A stretch of DNA of 48,320 nucleotides from Gemmatimonadota bacterium (GCA_039586795.1 JBDHJS010000028.1:1-48320); one strand, 5' to 3'; counted from the stretch's first letter, positions 17,669 through 27,776 are shown. Numbers and translations are program-made. Notes: generated from the letters alone by a model not told the origin.

Positions 17669-18409
17669 ATGTTGAAGAAGATCGCTCTCTCGCTAGCGAT
17701 GGCGGCTCTGGTGGTCGCGCCAGCACAGGCGCAGAGCCTCGACGATGTGCTCGAATCCTACTACGAGGCCATCGGTGGCGTAGACGCTTGGAAGGCGGTC
17801 GAGTCGATGCGCATCACCGGTACGATTACCATGCAGTCGATGACGATTCCCTTCACCATGACCCTCAAGGGTGGGGACAAGGTACGCCGCGACTTCACGG
17901 TGCAGGGGATGATCGGGAGTCAGGCGTACGACGGTGAGATCGCGTGGCAGCACATGCCGTTCATGGGGCAGACCGCCGCCGAGCAGCTACCGCCGGAGCA
18001 GGCTGCGTCCATGGCGGAGGATGCCGAGATCGGCGGCCCGCTCATCGACTGGGAAAGAAAGGGCAGCCAGCTCGAGCTTCTGGGTATGTCGGATGTTCAG
18101 GGCAGCGAAGCCTTCAAGATCCAGATCACCCGCCGCGACGGCACTGTCGAGTTCTACTATCTGGACACCGAATCGTACCTGCCGATCATGGTGGAAGGCA
18201 CCGAGGAGCAGCAGGGCACACAGGTCGGGTATAGCGTTACGATCAGCGACTATAAAGAGATCGATGGCTTGATGTTCGCCTTCTCGAGAGTCAACGAATC
18301 TCAGTTGGTGCCCGGTGGCGGTCAGACGGTCCAGATGGAATCAGTCGAGGTCAACGCCGACATAGACGACTCCTTCTTCAACATGCCGGAGGAGAGTGGG
18401 GGCAACTGA
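17669..18409 (+). CDS. Secreted hypothetical protein (LolA-like / lipoprotein-sorting-type fold)
   Basis: GGAGG RBS; signal peptide AQA|QS; YYEAIGG, YDGEIAW, YYLDTESYL, SDYKEIDGLMF pattern. Confidence 0.8.
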   Translation: MLKKIALSLAMAALVVAPAQAQSLDDVLESYYEAIGGVDAWKAVESMRITGTITMQSMTIPFTMTLKGGDKVRRDFTVQGMIGSQAYDGEIAWQHMPFMGQTAAEQLPPEQAASMAEDAEIGGPLIDWERKGSQLELLGMSDVQGSEAFKIQITRRDGTVEFYYLDTESYLPIMVEGTEEQQGTQVGYSVTISDYKEIDGLMFAFSRVNESQLVPGGGQTVQMESVEVNADIDDSFFNMPEESGGN

Positions 18410-18430
18410 AGAGCGGTTGAAGCCCGACTG

Positions 18431-18471
18431 GAACGCCAGGCGCCCTCGGTGGTTGCCTGGCGTTCTCTTTT
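18431..18471 (+). terminator. Intrinsic terminator
   Basis: GAACGCCAGGC / GCCTGGCGTTC stem followed by TCTTTT. Confidence 0.65.
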
Positions 18472-18573
18472 GCATTCGTCGCGTTCCTTTGACACCGTTC
18501 TCGCGAGAACGTGTCTGATCCCCCATCTTATCAGGCTCCGATCACGTCACACCCTCAATCGAGGTCGACCGGC

Positions 18574-19956
18574 ATGAGAATGCGATCTGTCGTATTGACT
18601 TGGGCCATCCTGGGCATGAACGCGGCGATTCTCTGCGGACAGTCAGACAGTGAGGTAGATGCGCCTCCCGCGTTCGATCCCAGAATCTACGACATCGTGG
18701 AGGCCGTTTCGGCGGAGCGGGTCGAAAGTGACATTCGCACGCTGGCGAATTTCGGGACTCGTCACACGCTGTCCGATACGCTGTCGGAGACCCGGGGGAT
18801 CGGGGCGGCGCGGCGCTGGATCAAGTCAGAGTTCGATCGCATCTCCGAGGCCTGCGGCGGCTGTCTGGAAGTGTTCTATCAGCGAAGTCTGGTGGAGGGA
18901 GACTCGGGCTCTCGCGTTCCGGTAGACACCTGGATCGTCAACGTCGTCGCGATACAACGCGGCACGCTATACCCGGATCGCTACACCATCATGTCGGGCG
19001 ACATAGATTCTCGCGTCAGCGGTGCGAACAACGACACGAGCGATGCGCCTGGTGCGAACGACAACGCCAGCGGGATGGCGGGCGCCTTGGAAGCCGCGCG
19101 CGTGCTGACCCAGTATCACTTTCCCAAATCGATCGTCTATGCGGGGCTATCGGGCGAGGAGCAGGGCCTGTTCGGCGGCCGCGAGATGGCGCGGGTCGCC
19201 ATCGAGGAGGGTTGGGTCATCGAGGGCGTGCTCAACAACGACATGATAGGCAACATCCAAGGTATCGACGGCGTCATCGAGAACACCACCTTCCGAGTCT
19301 TTTCGGAACCGACGCCGGTCAACGAGACGGAGCAGCAGCGCCGCCGGCGCCGTTTCACGGGAGGTGAGGTGGATGGACCGTCGAGACAGCTGGCGCGTTA
19401 CGTTGCTCGCATCACCGACATCTACCTCGATAACCTGGATGCGATCATGATCTATCGCCTCGATCGCTTCGGTCGCGGCGGTCACCATCGACCGTTCAAC
19501 GATCAGGGCTTCCCAGGCGTTCGTATCATGGAGACCCACGAGAACTACAACCGTCAACACCAGGATCTACGCGTCGAGGATGGCATCGAGTACGGCGACG
19601 TGATCGAAGGCGTCGACTTCCACTACGCGGCGAAGTTAACCGGCGTCAACGCTGCGGTCATGGCAGCCATCGCCTGGGCGCCGCCGCCGCCGACAAACGT
19701 GCGTATTCGCGGCGCCGTGAGGCCGAGCACATCGCTGAGTTGGGAGATGCCCGACTCGACCAACGTCAACACCGTCGGCTACAAAGTCTACTGGCGCGAG
19801 ACGATCGAGCCCCAGTGGAATCACTGGCGTTTCGTCGGCGATGTCAGCGAGCACACGCTGGAGAATATCGTCATCGACAACTACTTCTTCGGCGTGGCCG
19901 CGGTGAGTGCCGACGGCAACGAGAGCGTTGTGGTTTTCCCAGGCTCCGGGCGCTAG
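18574..19956 (+). CDS. Secreted M28 family metallopeptidase with C-terminal FN3-like domain
   Basis: FGTRHTLS, SGDIDSR, GANDNASG, SGEEQGLFG, LNNDMIG, GRGGHH; GYKVYWR...YFFGVAAV FN3 tail. Confidence 0.9.
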   Translation: MRMRSVVLTWAILGMNAAILCGQSDSEVDAPPAFDPRIYDIVEAVSAERVESDIRTLANFGTRHTLSDTLSETRGIGAARRWIKSEFDRISEACGGCLEVFYQRSLVEGDSGSRVPVDTWIVNVVAIQRGTLYPDRYTIMSGDIDSRVSGANNDTSDAPGANDNASGMAGALEAARVLTQYHFPKSIVYAGLSGEEQGLFGGREMARVAIEEGWVIEGVLNNDMIGNIQGIDGVIENTTFRVFSEPTPVNETEQQRRRRRFTGGEVDGPSRQLARYVARITDIYLDNLDAIMIYRLDRFGRGGHHRPFNDQGFPGVRIMETHENYNRQHQDLRVEDGIEYGDVIEGVDFHYAAKLTGVNAAVMAAIAWAPPPPTNVRIRGAVRPSTSLSWEMPDSTNVNTVGYKVYWRETIEPQWNHWRFVGDVSEHTLENIVIDNYFFGVAAVSADGNESVVVFPGSGR

Positions 19957-20130
19957 TCGGGCCGGCCAGAGGATACTCGGGCGAAGTGACCGTGCAGCAT
20001 CAGCGTGCAGAAACAAGTTCTGGACGAAACGGAAAATAATTCTTATTCTCCGTAAAGGCTGCATACCCGCCAAACTGCCGCCGAATTGCTAACCCCTGTC
20101 ATATAAGAACTTACGCGACTTGAAGCGTGA

Positions 20131-20146
20131 TGGCACCATTATCGCG
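20131..20146 (+). promoter_or_regulatory. Sigma-54 promoter candidate
   Basis: TGGCAC-CATTA-TCGC, GG-N10-GC spacing, 49 nt upstream of CDS 20195; AT-rich IHF-like stretch just upstream. Confidence 0.5.
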
Positions 20147-20194
20147 CCAGGACGCCGACGGTCATCTGAAGCGGAAACGGATAGTAGGTGCGCT

Positions 20195-20773
20195 ATGAAA
20201 CTGAGATCGAGTCTTCTGGTCTGCGGGATACTGCTCGCCGGTACGGCGTTGCCGGCCGCCGGCCAGGGCCCCGGCTATCGCTCGGGCTTCTGGTGGAGCG
20301 TGGGTTTCAGTTACGGCACGGCGTCCGTGAGTTGTGACATTTGCACGGACGGTCGGGGGGGAGGACTGTCGCTGAGCGGAGTTGCCGGGGGAACGCTAAG
20401 CCCATCGTTTCGACTGGGCATGGAGGCGGATGGTTGGAGGCAATCGAACGAGGGGCTGAATGAATACATGGGAGTACTGAGCGCCGTCATCTATTGGTAT
20501 CCGCAAGTGAGTGGCGGGCTCTACCTGAAGGGCGGGGCGGGGTACGTGGCGTATCGAATCAGCGATGAGGATGACGTGCTCAAGTCTAGCGGGTTCGGAC
20601 CGCAGATTGGCATCGGCTACGAGACGCGGGTCTGGGGGCACGCGTCCATTCAGCCGTTCTTGAGCGCGATAATCACAATCCCTACCGGTCAGCTGGAGCT
20701 CAACGGCGACCGTCAGGCGGACAATGTGAACCTCTCGCTATTGCAGGTTGGACTCAGCGTAACCTGGCACTAA
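20195..20773 (+). CDS. Small outer-membrane beta-barrel protein
   Basis: Signal peptide; alternating strands (GLYLKGGAGY, QIGIGYE); terminal VGLSVTWH; CDIC loop. Confidence 0.78.
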   Translation: MKLRSSLLVCGILLAGTALPAAGQGPGYRSGFWWSVGFSYGTASVSCDICTDGRGGGLSLSGVAGGTLSPSFRLGMEADGWRQSNEGLNEYMGVLSAVIYWYPQVSGGLYLKGGAGYVAYRISDEDDVLKSSGFGPQIGIGYETRVWGHASIQPFLSAIITIPTGQLELNGDRQADNVNLSLLQVGLSVTWH

Positions 20774-20785
20774 GGAGGTCGATTT

Positions 20786-21991
20786 ATGCGAGGTCTACGT
20801 AACCGTGCGTATGGGGCTGGCGTACTCGTATTCTCCGTATTGGGCGTTGCGGGATGCGACAGTGATCCGCACGGCCTGAAGCACGATGGCGAAGCGACGG
20901 GCTTCAGCCTGGCGTACGATGTTTGGGAGCCCGGGCCTAACGACACCTGTACCCGGGAAGATCACAACAGGTATTCGGTTGTGGGGCAAGACGGGTTGCT
21001 GTATCCGACATGGCACCCGGCGACAGATCCGCAGACCGGCTGCACGTTTGGACACGAGCATGGCCGGAATCCCCGCAACTCAAATCTCTATTCGGAGGTG
21101 GGCGACATTCCGTTCGGGCTCGCTCTGCCGGCTGACCACGTCGGTTACAAGATCGATTGGGAAAACGACATCGAGTTCCGATTTTCGGGTGACGCGGCCG
21201 GCGCGCTGCTGGAAGTGCGTTGCGACGTGATGGTTGAGCTGCATCAGGGTTCTCACGGAGCAGGTGCGTTTGTGATCAATACACACGAGTTCGCTTTGCA
21301 TGCGCATTGTACCGACGGCACGCACGTTCACGTTCAGATGGTCACCACGATAGGAGACCCGGGCGAATTCGAGAGCTCTTGCGATAGACGGACGATCATT
21401 GCGGGTCCGCCGCCGGATGCACCGGACGGCGGTGGGCGCCGGCTCATACCAGACCGGGCGTGCATCGAAGAGTTCGTTCTGGTGCCGAACGGCGAGCGAT
21501 CGAACTTCAGTAGCGGCCTGAGAGAGAGTTGGGAAGTGTCGGACCGCATAAGAACGAGAGACGGAGAGACGCTCCTGTCGTTCAATCCGTATTTCCAGGT
21601 CCGTAACCCGGCGCGCTACTTTGACCCGTCATCGCCGACCAACCTGTCGCGGACACTCGATCTCTGCTACGAGGTGACAGGCGAAGGCGACAGCGCCAAC
21701 GGCGGCTATTGCGAGGATCTACGGGACGGTCTGAACTGGGATCAGCCGGGCTCGACGTTCAACGGCGCCCAGCGCTTCGTCGATATCAACAGCATTCGCA
21801 TCTCGAACGTCGACGGCCCGGAAATCTGGTACACCGATAGGTATGGCAAGAACGCTCGGCGTCGGCCGTTCGAGGGTTCGATTCGCCAGTTCATCGCGAG
21901 CATCGATAACGATCGGGCGACGCAGCCATCGGGCCCGGCGATCGGCGATGACAGGGACTACGGGGGGCCGGGTGTGCACGCACCGAATTGA
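20786..21991 (+). CDS. Hypothetical lipoprotein, His/Cys-rich
   Basis: AAGGAGG RBS; lipobox VAGC; YPTWHP, CTFGHEHG, HVGYK, HQGSH motifs. Confidence 0.8.
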   Translation: MRGLRNRAYGAGVLVFSVLGVAGCDSDPHGLKHDGEATGFSLAYDVWEPGPNDTCTREDHNRYSVVGQDGLLYPTWHPATDPQTGCTFGHEHGRNPRNSNLYSEVGDIPFGLALPADHVGYKIDWENDIEFRFSGDAAGALLEVRCDVMVELHQGSHGAGAFVINTHEFALHAHCTDGTHVHVQMVTTIGDPGEFESSCDRRTIIAGPPPDAPDGGGRRLIPDRACIEEFVLVPNGERSNFSSGLRESWEVSDRIRTRDGETLLSFNPYFQVRNPARYFDPSSPTNLSRTLDLCYEVTGEGDSANGGYCEDLRDGLNWDQPGSTFNGAQRFVDINSIRISNVDGPEIWYTDRYGKNARRRPFEGSIRQFIASIDNDRATQPSGPAIGDDRDYGGPGVHAPN

Positions 21992-22113
21992 TGGACTTCA
22001 CTAGACGTTCGTAGCAGGCTATTGTGCGCCCGGCGGGCAACGCTCGCCGGGCGCTGTCACATCTAAGGGTTAGTCCCGACTCATACGATCAAGTGAACCG
22101 AAGGAGGAGAAGC

Positions 22114-22557
22114 GTGAAACGTGCTTCGTTGTTTGTCGTGGCGCTGCTCTGCACGGCGGCTTTCTTGGCCGGCTCTTTCACGCAGAAGAGCGCGCGGGCC
22201 GACCAGCCCGTCGCCGATGTGCCTACGAAATTGGCTGTTCTGTGGACGAGCGGCGATCGGGATGTGGCGCTCCGGATGGTGTTCATGTACACCCTCCACG
22301 CAAAGCAGCAGGGCTGGTGGGAGAATATCCAGCTGGTCGTGTGGGGCCCGTCATCGAAGTTGCTGGCCGAAGATGCGGAGATTCAGGCCGAAGTTGCCAA
22401 GATGCAGGATGCTGGCGTCGCCTTCGTCGCGTGCAAAGCCTGCGCTGACAGCTACGGTGTCTCTGAGCGTCTCGAGGAGCTTGGGGTTGAAGTCAAATAC
22501 ATGGGTGTTCCGCTCACCGAGTTGCTCAAGAGCGATTGGGTAACGGTCACATTCTGA
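22114..22557 (+). CDS. DsrE family protein with signal peptide
   Basis: KLAVLWTSGD, LVVWGPS, ACKACADSYGV, VKYMG; AGGAGG RBS before GTG 22114. Confidence 0.85.
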   Translation: MKRASLFVVALLCTAAFLAGSFTQKSARADQPVADVPTKLAVLWTSGDRDVALRMVFMYTLHAKQQGWWENIQLVVWGPSSKLLAEDAEIQAEVAKMQDAGVAFVACKACADSYGVSERLEELGVEVKYMGVPLTELLKSDWVTVTF

Positions 22558-22666
22558 TTCGGTGGGGTGCAATCGGCGGTAATAGTTGCCGGTGACGGCA
22601 CCCTACGACATAATGTTGGACTCATCGTTCATTCCAGATGCACATCGCAAAGACGAGGATAGCCCG

Positions 22667-25390
22667 ATGAATTGCGTGCGACTCCGTGTTCCTGCTATGG
22701 CGGCTGGAGCGTTGGCGTTCACCTGTCTTGCTCTGGCGCCGCCAGCCTGGGGGCAGGGTCCTGACGAACCGGCGTTCTATGCCATTCAGAACGCGACACT
22801 TGTTACCGTATCCGGCCGGACGATTCCGAATGGGACGATCGTTCTCGAAGATGGACTGATCGCCGCCATCGGTGCGAACGTCGATGTCCCCGCTGGCGCC
22901 CGAGTCATAGACGGAACCGGTCTGACGGTGTATCCCGGTCTGATCAACGCGCTGAGCACGATCGGCCTGGCGGAGATCGAGTCCTCCGGGAGCAACGGCG
23001 GGTCGGCGGTGCCGTTGGGCCCGGACGATCGACCTGCGGCGACACCGTGGCTCAGTGCCGCTGACCACCTGGATGCCGGCGCTAGTGCGATCGAGACGTG
23101 GCGGCAGGCGGGCATCACCACAGTGGTCGTCGCGCCGGACGCCGGCATCGTTACGGGCCAGGCCGCGGTCATCAACCTTGCGGGGTCCGACGCTAGGGAG
23201 ATGGTCATCAGACCGCACGCGGCGTTACGACTCAACCTCGGTTCGGTTGGCGGCTTCGTTTCCTTTCCCGGCTCGCTGATGGGCGTGCTCGCTTACATCA
23301 AGCAGCTGTCCTACGACACGGATCACTACCGGGCGATATGGAGCCGCTACGAGAGTAGTCCCCGCGGGATGGAGCGTCCCCGCTACGATCGGACGTTGGC
23401 GAGCCTCGCCCAGGTGGCCGAAGCGAATGAGCTGGTGCTCATCCCTGGCGCTTGGGCGAAGGAGATCCAGCGTGCCATCCGTCTTGGTGATGAGATCAAC
23501 GCCAACACGGTCGTTTATGGCGGGCACCAGGCTTACGCGGTGAGCGACGAGCTATCGACGGCAGGGACCTCTGTGCTAGTCAACGTCGACTGGCCGAAAG
23601 CCCCCGAAGACGCCGACCCCGAGGCCGACACTCCGTTGCGCGAGCTCCGTTTGAGAGCCGCCGCCCCGTCGACACCGATGGTGCTTAACGATGCGAGTGT
23701 ACCCTTCGCCTTCTACTCCGGCGATCTCAAGGGGCCGGGCGACTTCATCGCCAATATTGGAAAGTCGGTGGAGGCCGGGTTGCCGAGCGATGCTGCACTC
23801 CGCGCCCTGACGTTAGGTGCCGCCGAGATCTTCGGAGTCGGAGACCGCCTGGGCTCACTCGAGGAGGGGAAGATCGCTAACCTCGTGGTGACGGACGGCG
23901 ACCTCTTCGCGAAGGACACGAAAGCCCGAATGGTCTTCGTTGACGGTCGTCTGTATGAGAACCCGCAGCCAGAGCCGGTGGCCGCGGAAGAAGATGCCGA
24001 GGAGCCTGAAGAAGATGCGGCGGTGGAAGAGACGGAGGAGGAACAGCCGCGTCCGGCGCCAAAGCTGATCGCGAGAGACCCAGCTCCGACGGCTCCCCGT
24101 GTCACTGTGATCCAGAACGCGACCGTACTCACGGTCACGCAAGGCACGATCGAGAACGGCTCGATCCTGATCCGTGACGGAGTGATTGCGGAGATTGGTC
24201 AGGACGTCGATGTGCCCTCCGGCGCTCATGTCATCGACGCCACCGGTCAGTTCGTCATGCCGGGGATCATCGATGCGCATTCGCACATCGCGATCGATGG
24301 TGGCGTCAACGAGTGCAGCGCGGCGATCACTTCGATGGTCGGTATCGAGGATGTAGTGAACCCCGACGACATCGACATCTATCGTGGTTTGGCCGGCGGA
24401 CTCACCACCGCCAACCTGCTTCACGGCAGCTGCAATCCGATCGGCGGAAAGAACGCCGTCATCAAGCTGCGCTGGGGGAAGGACGCGGACGATCTGCTCA
24501 TGGACGAGGCGGTGCCCGGGATCAAGTTCGCTCTGGGTGAAAACGTCAAGCGATCCAATTTCAACCTCCCGGGCCAGCCCAGTCGTTACCCGGGCACGCG
24601 GATGGGCGTGATGGACGTCATCCGTGAAGGTTTCACCCGGGCCCAGGAATACCAGCAGGAATGGGCAGATTACGAACAGCGCCGACGCCGCGACCGAAAC
24701 GCTGTTCCGCCCCGGCGTGACCTGGAGCTGGAAGCCCTCGTGGAGATCATGAATGGCGAACGGCAGGTGCACGCGCATTCGTATCGTGCGGACGAGATCC
24801 TGCAGCTGATGCGCGTTGCCGAGGAATTCGGGTTCCGTATCGCTGCCTTCCAGCACGTGCTCGAGGGATACAAGGTGGCGGACGAGCTGGCTGCCCACGG
24901 CGCCGGCGCGTCGACCTTCTCTGACTGGTGGTCCTACAAGGTGGAGGCATACGACGCGATCCCGCACAACGCGGCTCTGATGACGGAGCGTGGGGTGGTC
25001 GTATCGATCAACTCGGACAGCCAGGAGGAGGACCGTCACCTGAACCAGGAGGCGGCCAAATCGATGAGGTGGGGTGGATTGAGTGAGGAAGAGGCGCTCA
25101 GCCTTGTCACGATAAACCCTGCCATACAGCTTGGCGTAAGCGAGCACATCGGGTCGATCGAAGTCGGAAAGCACGCCGACCTGGCGATCTATGACCGGCA
25201 TCCGCTAAGCGCGTATGCCGTTGTCCAGAAGACGTTGATCGACGGCGCTGTCTATTTCGACATCGAGGAGGACAAGGCGCGCCAGGAGGCGATCGAGGCC
25301 GAGAAGAAGGCGCTGGAAGAAGAAGACGAGGATGAGGAAGAGAAGAAGACGGTCACCGCAGCGGCGACTGGCGTAGGAGGTGGACGATGA
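22667..25390 (+). CDS. Secreted two-domain amidohydrolase family protein
   Basis: Two amidohydrolase units (GSLEEGKIANLVV; GSIEVGKHADL) joined by an acidic linker; second unit has DAHSH, IKFALGEN, HSY, QH, NSD. Confidence 0.9.
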   Translation: MNCVRLRVPAMAAGALAFTCLALAPPAWGQGPDEPAFYAIQNATLVTVSGRTIPNGTIVLEDGLIAAIGANVDVPAGARVIDGTGLTVYPGLINALSTIGLAEIESSGSNGGSAVPLGPDDRPAATPWLSAADHLDAGASAIETWRQAGITTVVVAPDAGIVTGQAAVINLAGSDAREMVIRPHAALRLNLGSVGGFVSFPGSLMGVLAYIKQLSYDTDHYRAIWSRYESSPRGMERPRYDRTLASLAQVAEANELVLIPGAWAKEIQRAIRLGDEINANTVVYGGHQAYAVSDELSTAGTSVLVNVDWPKAPEDADPEADTPLRELRLRAAAPSTPMVLNDASVPFAFYSGDLKGPGDFIANIGKSVEAGLPSDAALRALTLGAAEIFGVGDRLGSLEEGKIANLVVTDGDLFAKDTKARMVFVDGRLYENPQPEPVAAEEDAEEPEEDAAVEETEEEQPRPAPKLIARDPAPTAPRVTVIQNATVLTVTQGTIENGSILIRDGVIAEIGQDVDVPSGAHVIDATGQFVMPGIIDAHSHIAIDGGVNECSAAITSMVGIEDVVNPDDIDIYRGLAGGLTTANLLHGSCNPIGGKNAVIKLRWGKDADDLLMDEAVPGIKFALGENVKRSNFNLPGQPSRYPGTRMGVMDVIREGFTRAQEYQQEWADYEQRRRRDRNAVPPRRDLELEALVEIMNGERQVHAHSYRADEILQLMRVAEEFGFRIAAFQHVLEGYKVADELAAHGAGASTFSDWWSYKVEAYDAIPHNAALMTERGVVVSINSDSQEEDRHLNQEAAKSMRWGGLSEEEALSLVTINPAIQLGVSEHIGSIEVGKHADLAIYDRHPLSAYAVVQKTLIDGAVYFDIEEDKARQEAIEAEKKALEEEDEDEEEKKTVTAAATGVGGGR

Positions 25391-26685
25391 GAACCGCGCG
25401 ACCCTTATCGATTGTGATCGCCGGCGCGATTCTCGTCGCTGGCGCCGTTCCGGCTGAGGCTCAGTCGCAGGCCGACGTGCACGCCATTCGTGGCGCTACA
25501 GTGCACACGCTGACCGGCCCGGCCATCGAGTCGGGGACGGTCGTAATAAGCGACGGCCGAATCGTTGCCGTTGGTGCGGGCGTGGCCGTTCCGCCCGACG
25601 CGACTGTCATCGAAGCGACCGGTCTTCACGTCTATCCCGGGTTGTTCGATGCGGAAAGCTCGCTGGGACTGGGAGAGATAGGATCCGTATCGGCGACTGA
25701 GGATGCGAGCGAGATCGCTCGCTATAACCCACAGTTGACCGCGGCAACCGCGGTGCATCCGGCGAGCGAGCATATCCCGGTCGCCCGCGCGGATGGTGTA
25801 ACCCATACGCTCAGTTCGCCGAGTGGCGGCGTTATCGCGGGTCAGGCTTCGTTGATCAATTTGGCCGGTTGGACGGTGGAGGAGATGTTGGTCAAGAGGT
25901 CGGCCGCGTTGATTCTCAATTTCCCGACGATCCAGACCTCGAGTTTCAGCTTCGCGACATTCCAGGTGGAGACTCGACCCTTCAAAGAGGCGAAGAAGCA
26001 GTACGATGAGCGTATCGCTGAGTTGGAGGAGTGGCTCGCCGCGGCGAAGCATTACGCGGAGGCTCGTGCCGCGGGCAACGCCGCCGTCGACCTGAAGCTC
26101 GACGCCCTGGCGATGGTGATGCAAGAGCAGTTGCCGGTCATCTTCCTGGTCAACAGCGAGCGCGATATCAGGAACGCCGTCGAATTTGCCGAGAAGCACG
26201 ACCTTAACGTCGTGATCGGCGGGGGCGCGGAGGCATGGAAGGTGAGAGACCTGTTGGCTGAGAAGGAGATACCGGTGATTCTTGGCCCGACTCTCTCGAT
26301 GCCGGCCGGTGAAGACGAGCGCTACAATGAAGCGTACAGTCGACCCGCCATGCTACACGAGGCTGGAGTAAAGATCGCGATCGCAACGTTCTCGAACACT
26401 GGCTTCACACGCCTTCCTTTCGAGGCTTCGAATGCGGTGCCCTACGGCTTACCGTGGGAAGAGGCCATCAGGGCAGTGACTCTCAACCCGGCACAGATCC
26501 TCGGTGTTGACGATCAGCTGGGTACGATCGAGGAAGGGAAGATGGCCAACTTGATCGTGACGGATGGTGACCCACTGGAGATTCAAACACAGATCGTGCA
26601 CGTGTTCGTGGGTGGCAAACCCGCGTCTATGGACAACAAGGCGCTCGAGCTCTACGAGCGCTATCGATCCCGACCGCAGCAGTAG
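25387..26685 (+). CDS. Secreted amidohydrolase family protein (metal ligands degenerate)
   Basis: ATGA overlap; [32 protein letters not shown]. Confidence 0.88.
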   Translation: MRTARPLSIVIAGAILVAGAVPAEAQSQADVHAIRGATVHTLTGPAIESGTVVISDGRIVAVGAGVAVPPDATVIEATGLHVYPGLFDAESSLGLGEIGSVSATEDASEIARYNPQLTAATAVHPASEHIPVARADGVTHTLSSPSGGVIAGQASLINLAGWTVEEMLVKRSAALILNFPTIQTSSFSFATFQVETRPFKEAKKQYDERIAELEEWLAAAKHYAEARAAGNAAVDLKLDALAMVMQEQLPVIFLVNSERDIRNAVEFAEKHDLNVVIGGGAEAWKVRDLLAEKEIPVILGPTLSMPAGEDERYNEAYSRPAMLHEAGVKIAIATFSNTGFTRLPFEASNAVPYGLPWEEAIRAVTLNPAQILGVDDQLGTIEEGKMANLIVTDGDPLEIQTQIVHVFVGGKPASMDNKALELYERYRSRPQQ

Positions 26686-26700
26686 GTCGACATGAGAAAG

Positions 26701-26730
26701 AGTGGGGCAGCCTGAGGGCTGCCCCACTTT
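26701..26730. terminator. Bidirectional intrinsic terminator
   Basis: AGTGGGGCAGCC-TGAG-GGCTGCCCCACT 12-bp stem between convergent genes. Confidence 0.78.
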
Positions 26731-26755
26731 CGTTATACAGTACCGATACCGTTCT

Positions 26756-27163
26756 TCAGTCGACTCGCTTGGCGCTCCACGGTGCGCCCTCGTTCGCTCC
26801 GCCGCTGACCGTGCCTGACATCTCCTGGCCTGCCACCTTCCCCGAAAAAGCGAGCGAGAACGAGTGGCCGCCCATCCCGGAAGCGATGGAGAAGGCGACG
26901 TCCTCGCCGTCGATGCTTGCGTCGGTGACATCGATGGAGCCGGTTTGCAGCTCGACGACGCCCGTCAATATCGCGCCGTCCTGCTCGAAATCCACTTTCC
27001 AGATGACCGGGCCCATAGAGGAATCGAGGGTAAGCTCCCAGGAGCCGGTGACGTCGACGGCGCCATCCGCCGCAGCGTCGCCGCCCTGAGAGCAGCCGGC
27101 GACCAGAGCGGTCAGGCTCAGGACGAGGGCGAGGTTCAAGAACTTGCTGTCAATCCGGTTCAC
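26756..27163 (-). CDS. Hypothetical lipoprotein (small beta-barrel)
   Basis: AAGGAG RBS; lipobox VAGC; DVTGSWEL...FSGKV...WSAKR pattern. Confidence 0.78.
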   Translation of the reverse strand: MNRIDSKFLNLALVLSLTALVAGCSQGGDAAADGAVDVTGSWELTLDSSMGPVIWKVDFEQDGAILTGVVELQTGSIDVTDASIDGEDVAFSIASGMGGHSFSLAFSGKVAGQEMSGTVSGGANEGAPWSAKRVD

Positions 27164-27207
27164 AGACTTCTCTCCTTTCAGCGTAAATTGGGGCCAGGGG
27201 AAAACTA

Positions 27208-27282
27208 AAAGGACAAGGGGAAACGAGAAGAGTCGGCTGGTACCCCACCATTCTTCTCGATTCTCGCTTCTCCTTGTCCTTT
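27208..27282. repeat. 22-bp imperfect inverted repeat built from ~7-nt purine-rich units
   Basis: AAAGGACAAGGGGAAACGAGAA (27208-27229) versus TTCTCGCTTCTCCTTGTCCTTT (27261-27282), 20/22 match. Confidence 0.65.
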
Positions 27283-27311
27283 CTCCATATAGTTACTACC
27301 CAGATACCGAT

Positions 27312-27776
27312 CTAGCTAGGCGCCAGGGTGTAGCGCGTTCGGTCACCCAGACACTCGCCCCATGGCGGCTCGTTCGCCACGTAGAATCTCACCTCGATGA
27401 AGCTGTACAGCTGCTGCGTCAGTTGGATGGTCAGTTCTCGCTCTTCCGCGGTCAGGTCTTTGAGGTCGAGTTCCGTGAGCGCCATGGCGTCGGCGGGAAG
27501 GCGATTCGCGAGGCTCTGAACCACGTTGGTCGACTCAGATAGATATAGGCCGCCGGCGTAGGCTACGAATCGTCCGGCAAAATCCTCTGCCTTTGCCCGG
27601 TCCGATTCTGGCCAGGGCCCCAGGGCGAGGACGAGCGCCAACAGTGATTCTTCGGCAGGACTCAGACTGCCGGCGCCCGGTCGACTTTCGTTCGATTCGC
27701 AACCGATCGCGAATCCAGCCGATAGCGCGACCATCAGCTGGACGAACTCGCGGCGATCAAGATCGTTACCGTTCAT
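27312..27776 (-). CDS. Tat-signal small protein, probable partner subunit of the GMC oxidoreductase
   Basis: LDRREFVQ twin-arginine motif then hydrophobic stretch and Cys; overlaps the GMC stop. Confidence 0.7.
   Translation of the reverse strand: MNGNDLDRREFVQLMVALSAGFAIGCESNESRPGAGSLSPAEESLLALVLALGPWPESDRAKAEDFAGRFVAYAGGLYLSESTNVVQSLANRLPADAMALTELDLKDLTAEERELTIQLTQQLYSFIEVRFYVANEPPWGECLGDRTRYTLAPS

Noticed and set aside
23855..25201. 448-aa antisense ORF
   Set aside because: Shadow of the amidohydrolase gene, typical of high-GC codon bias
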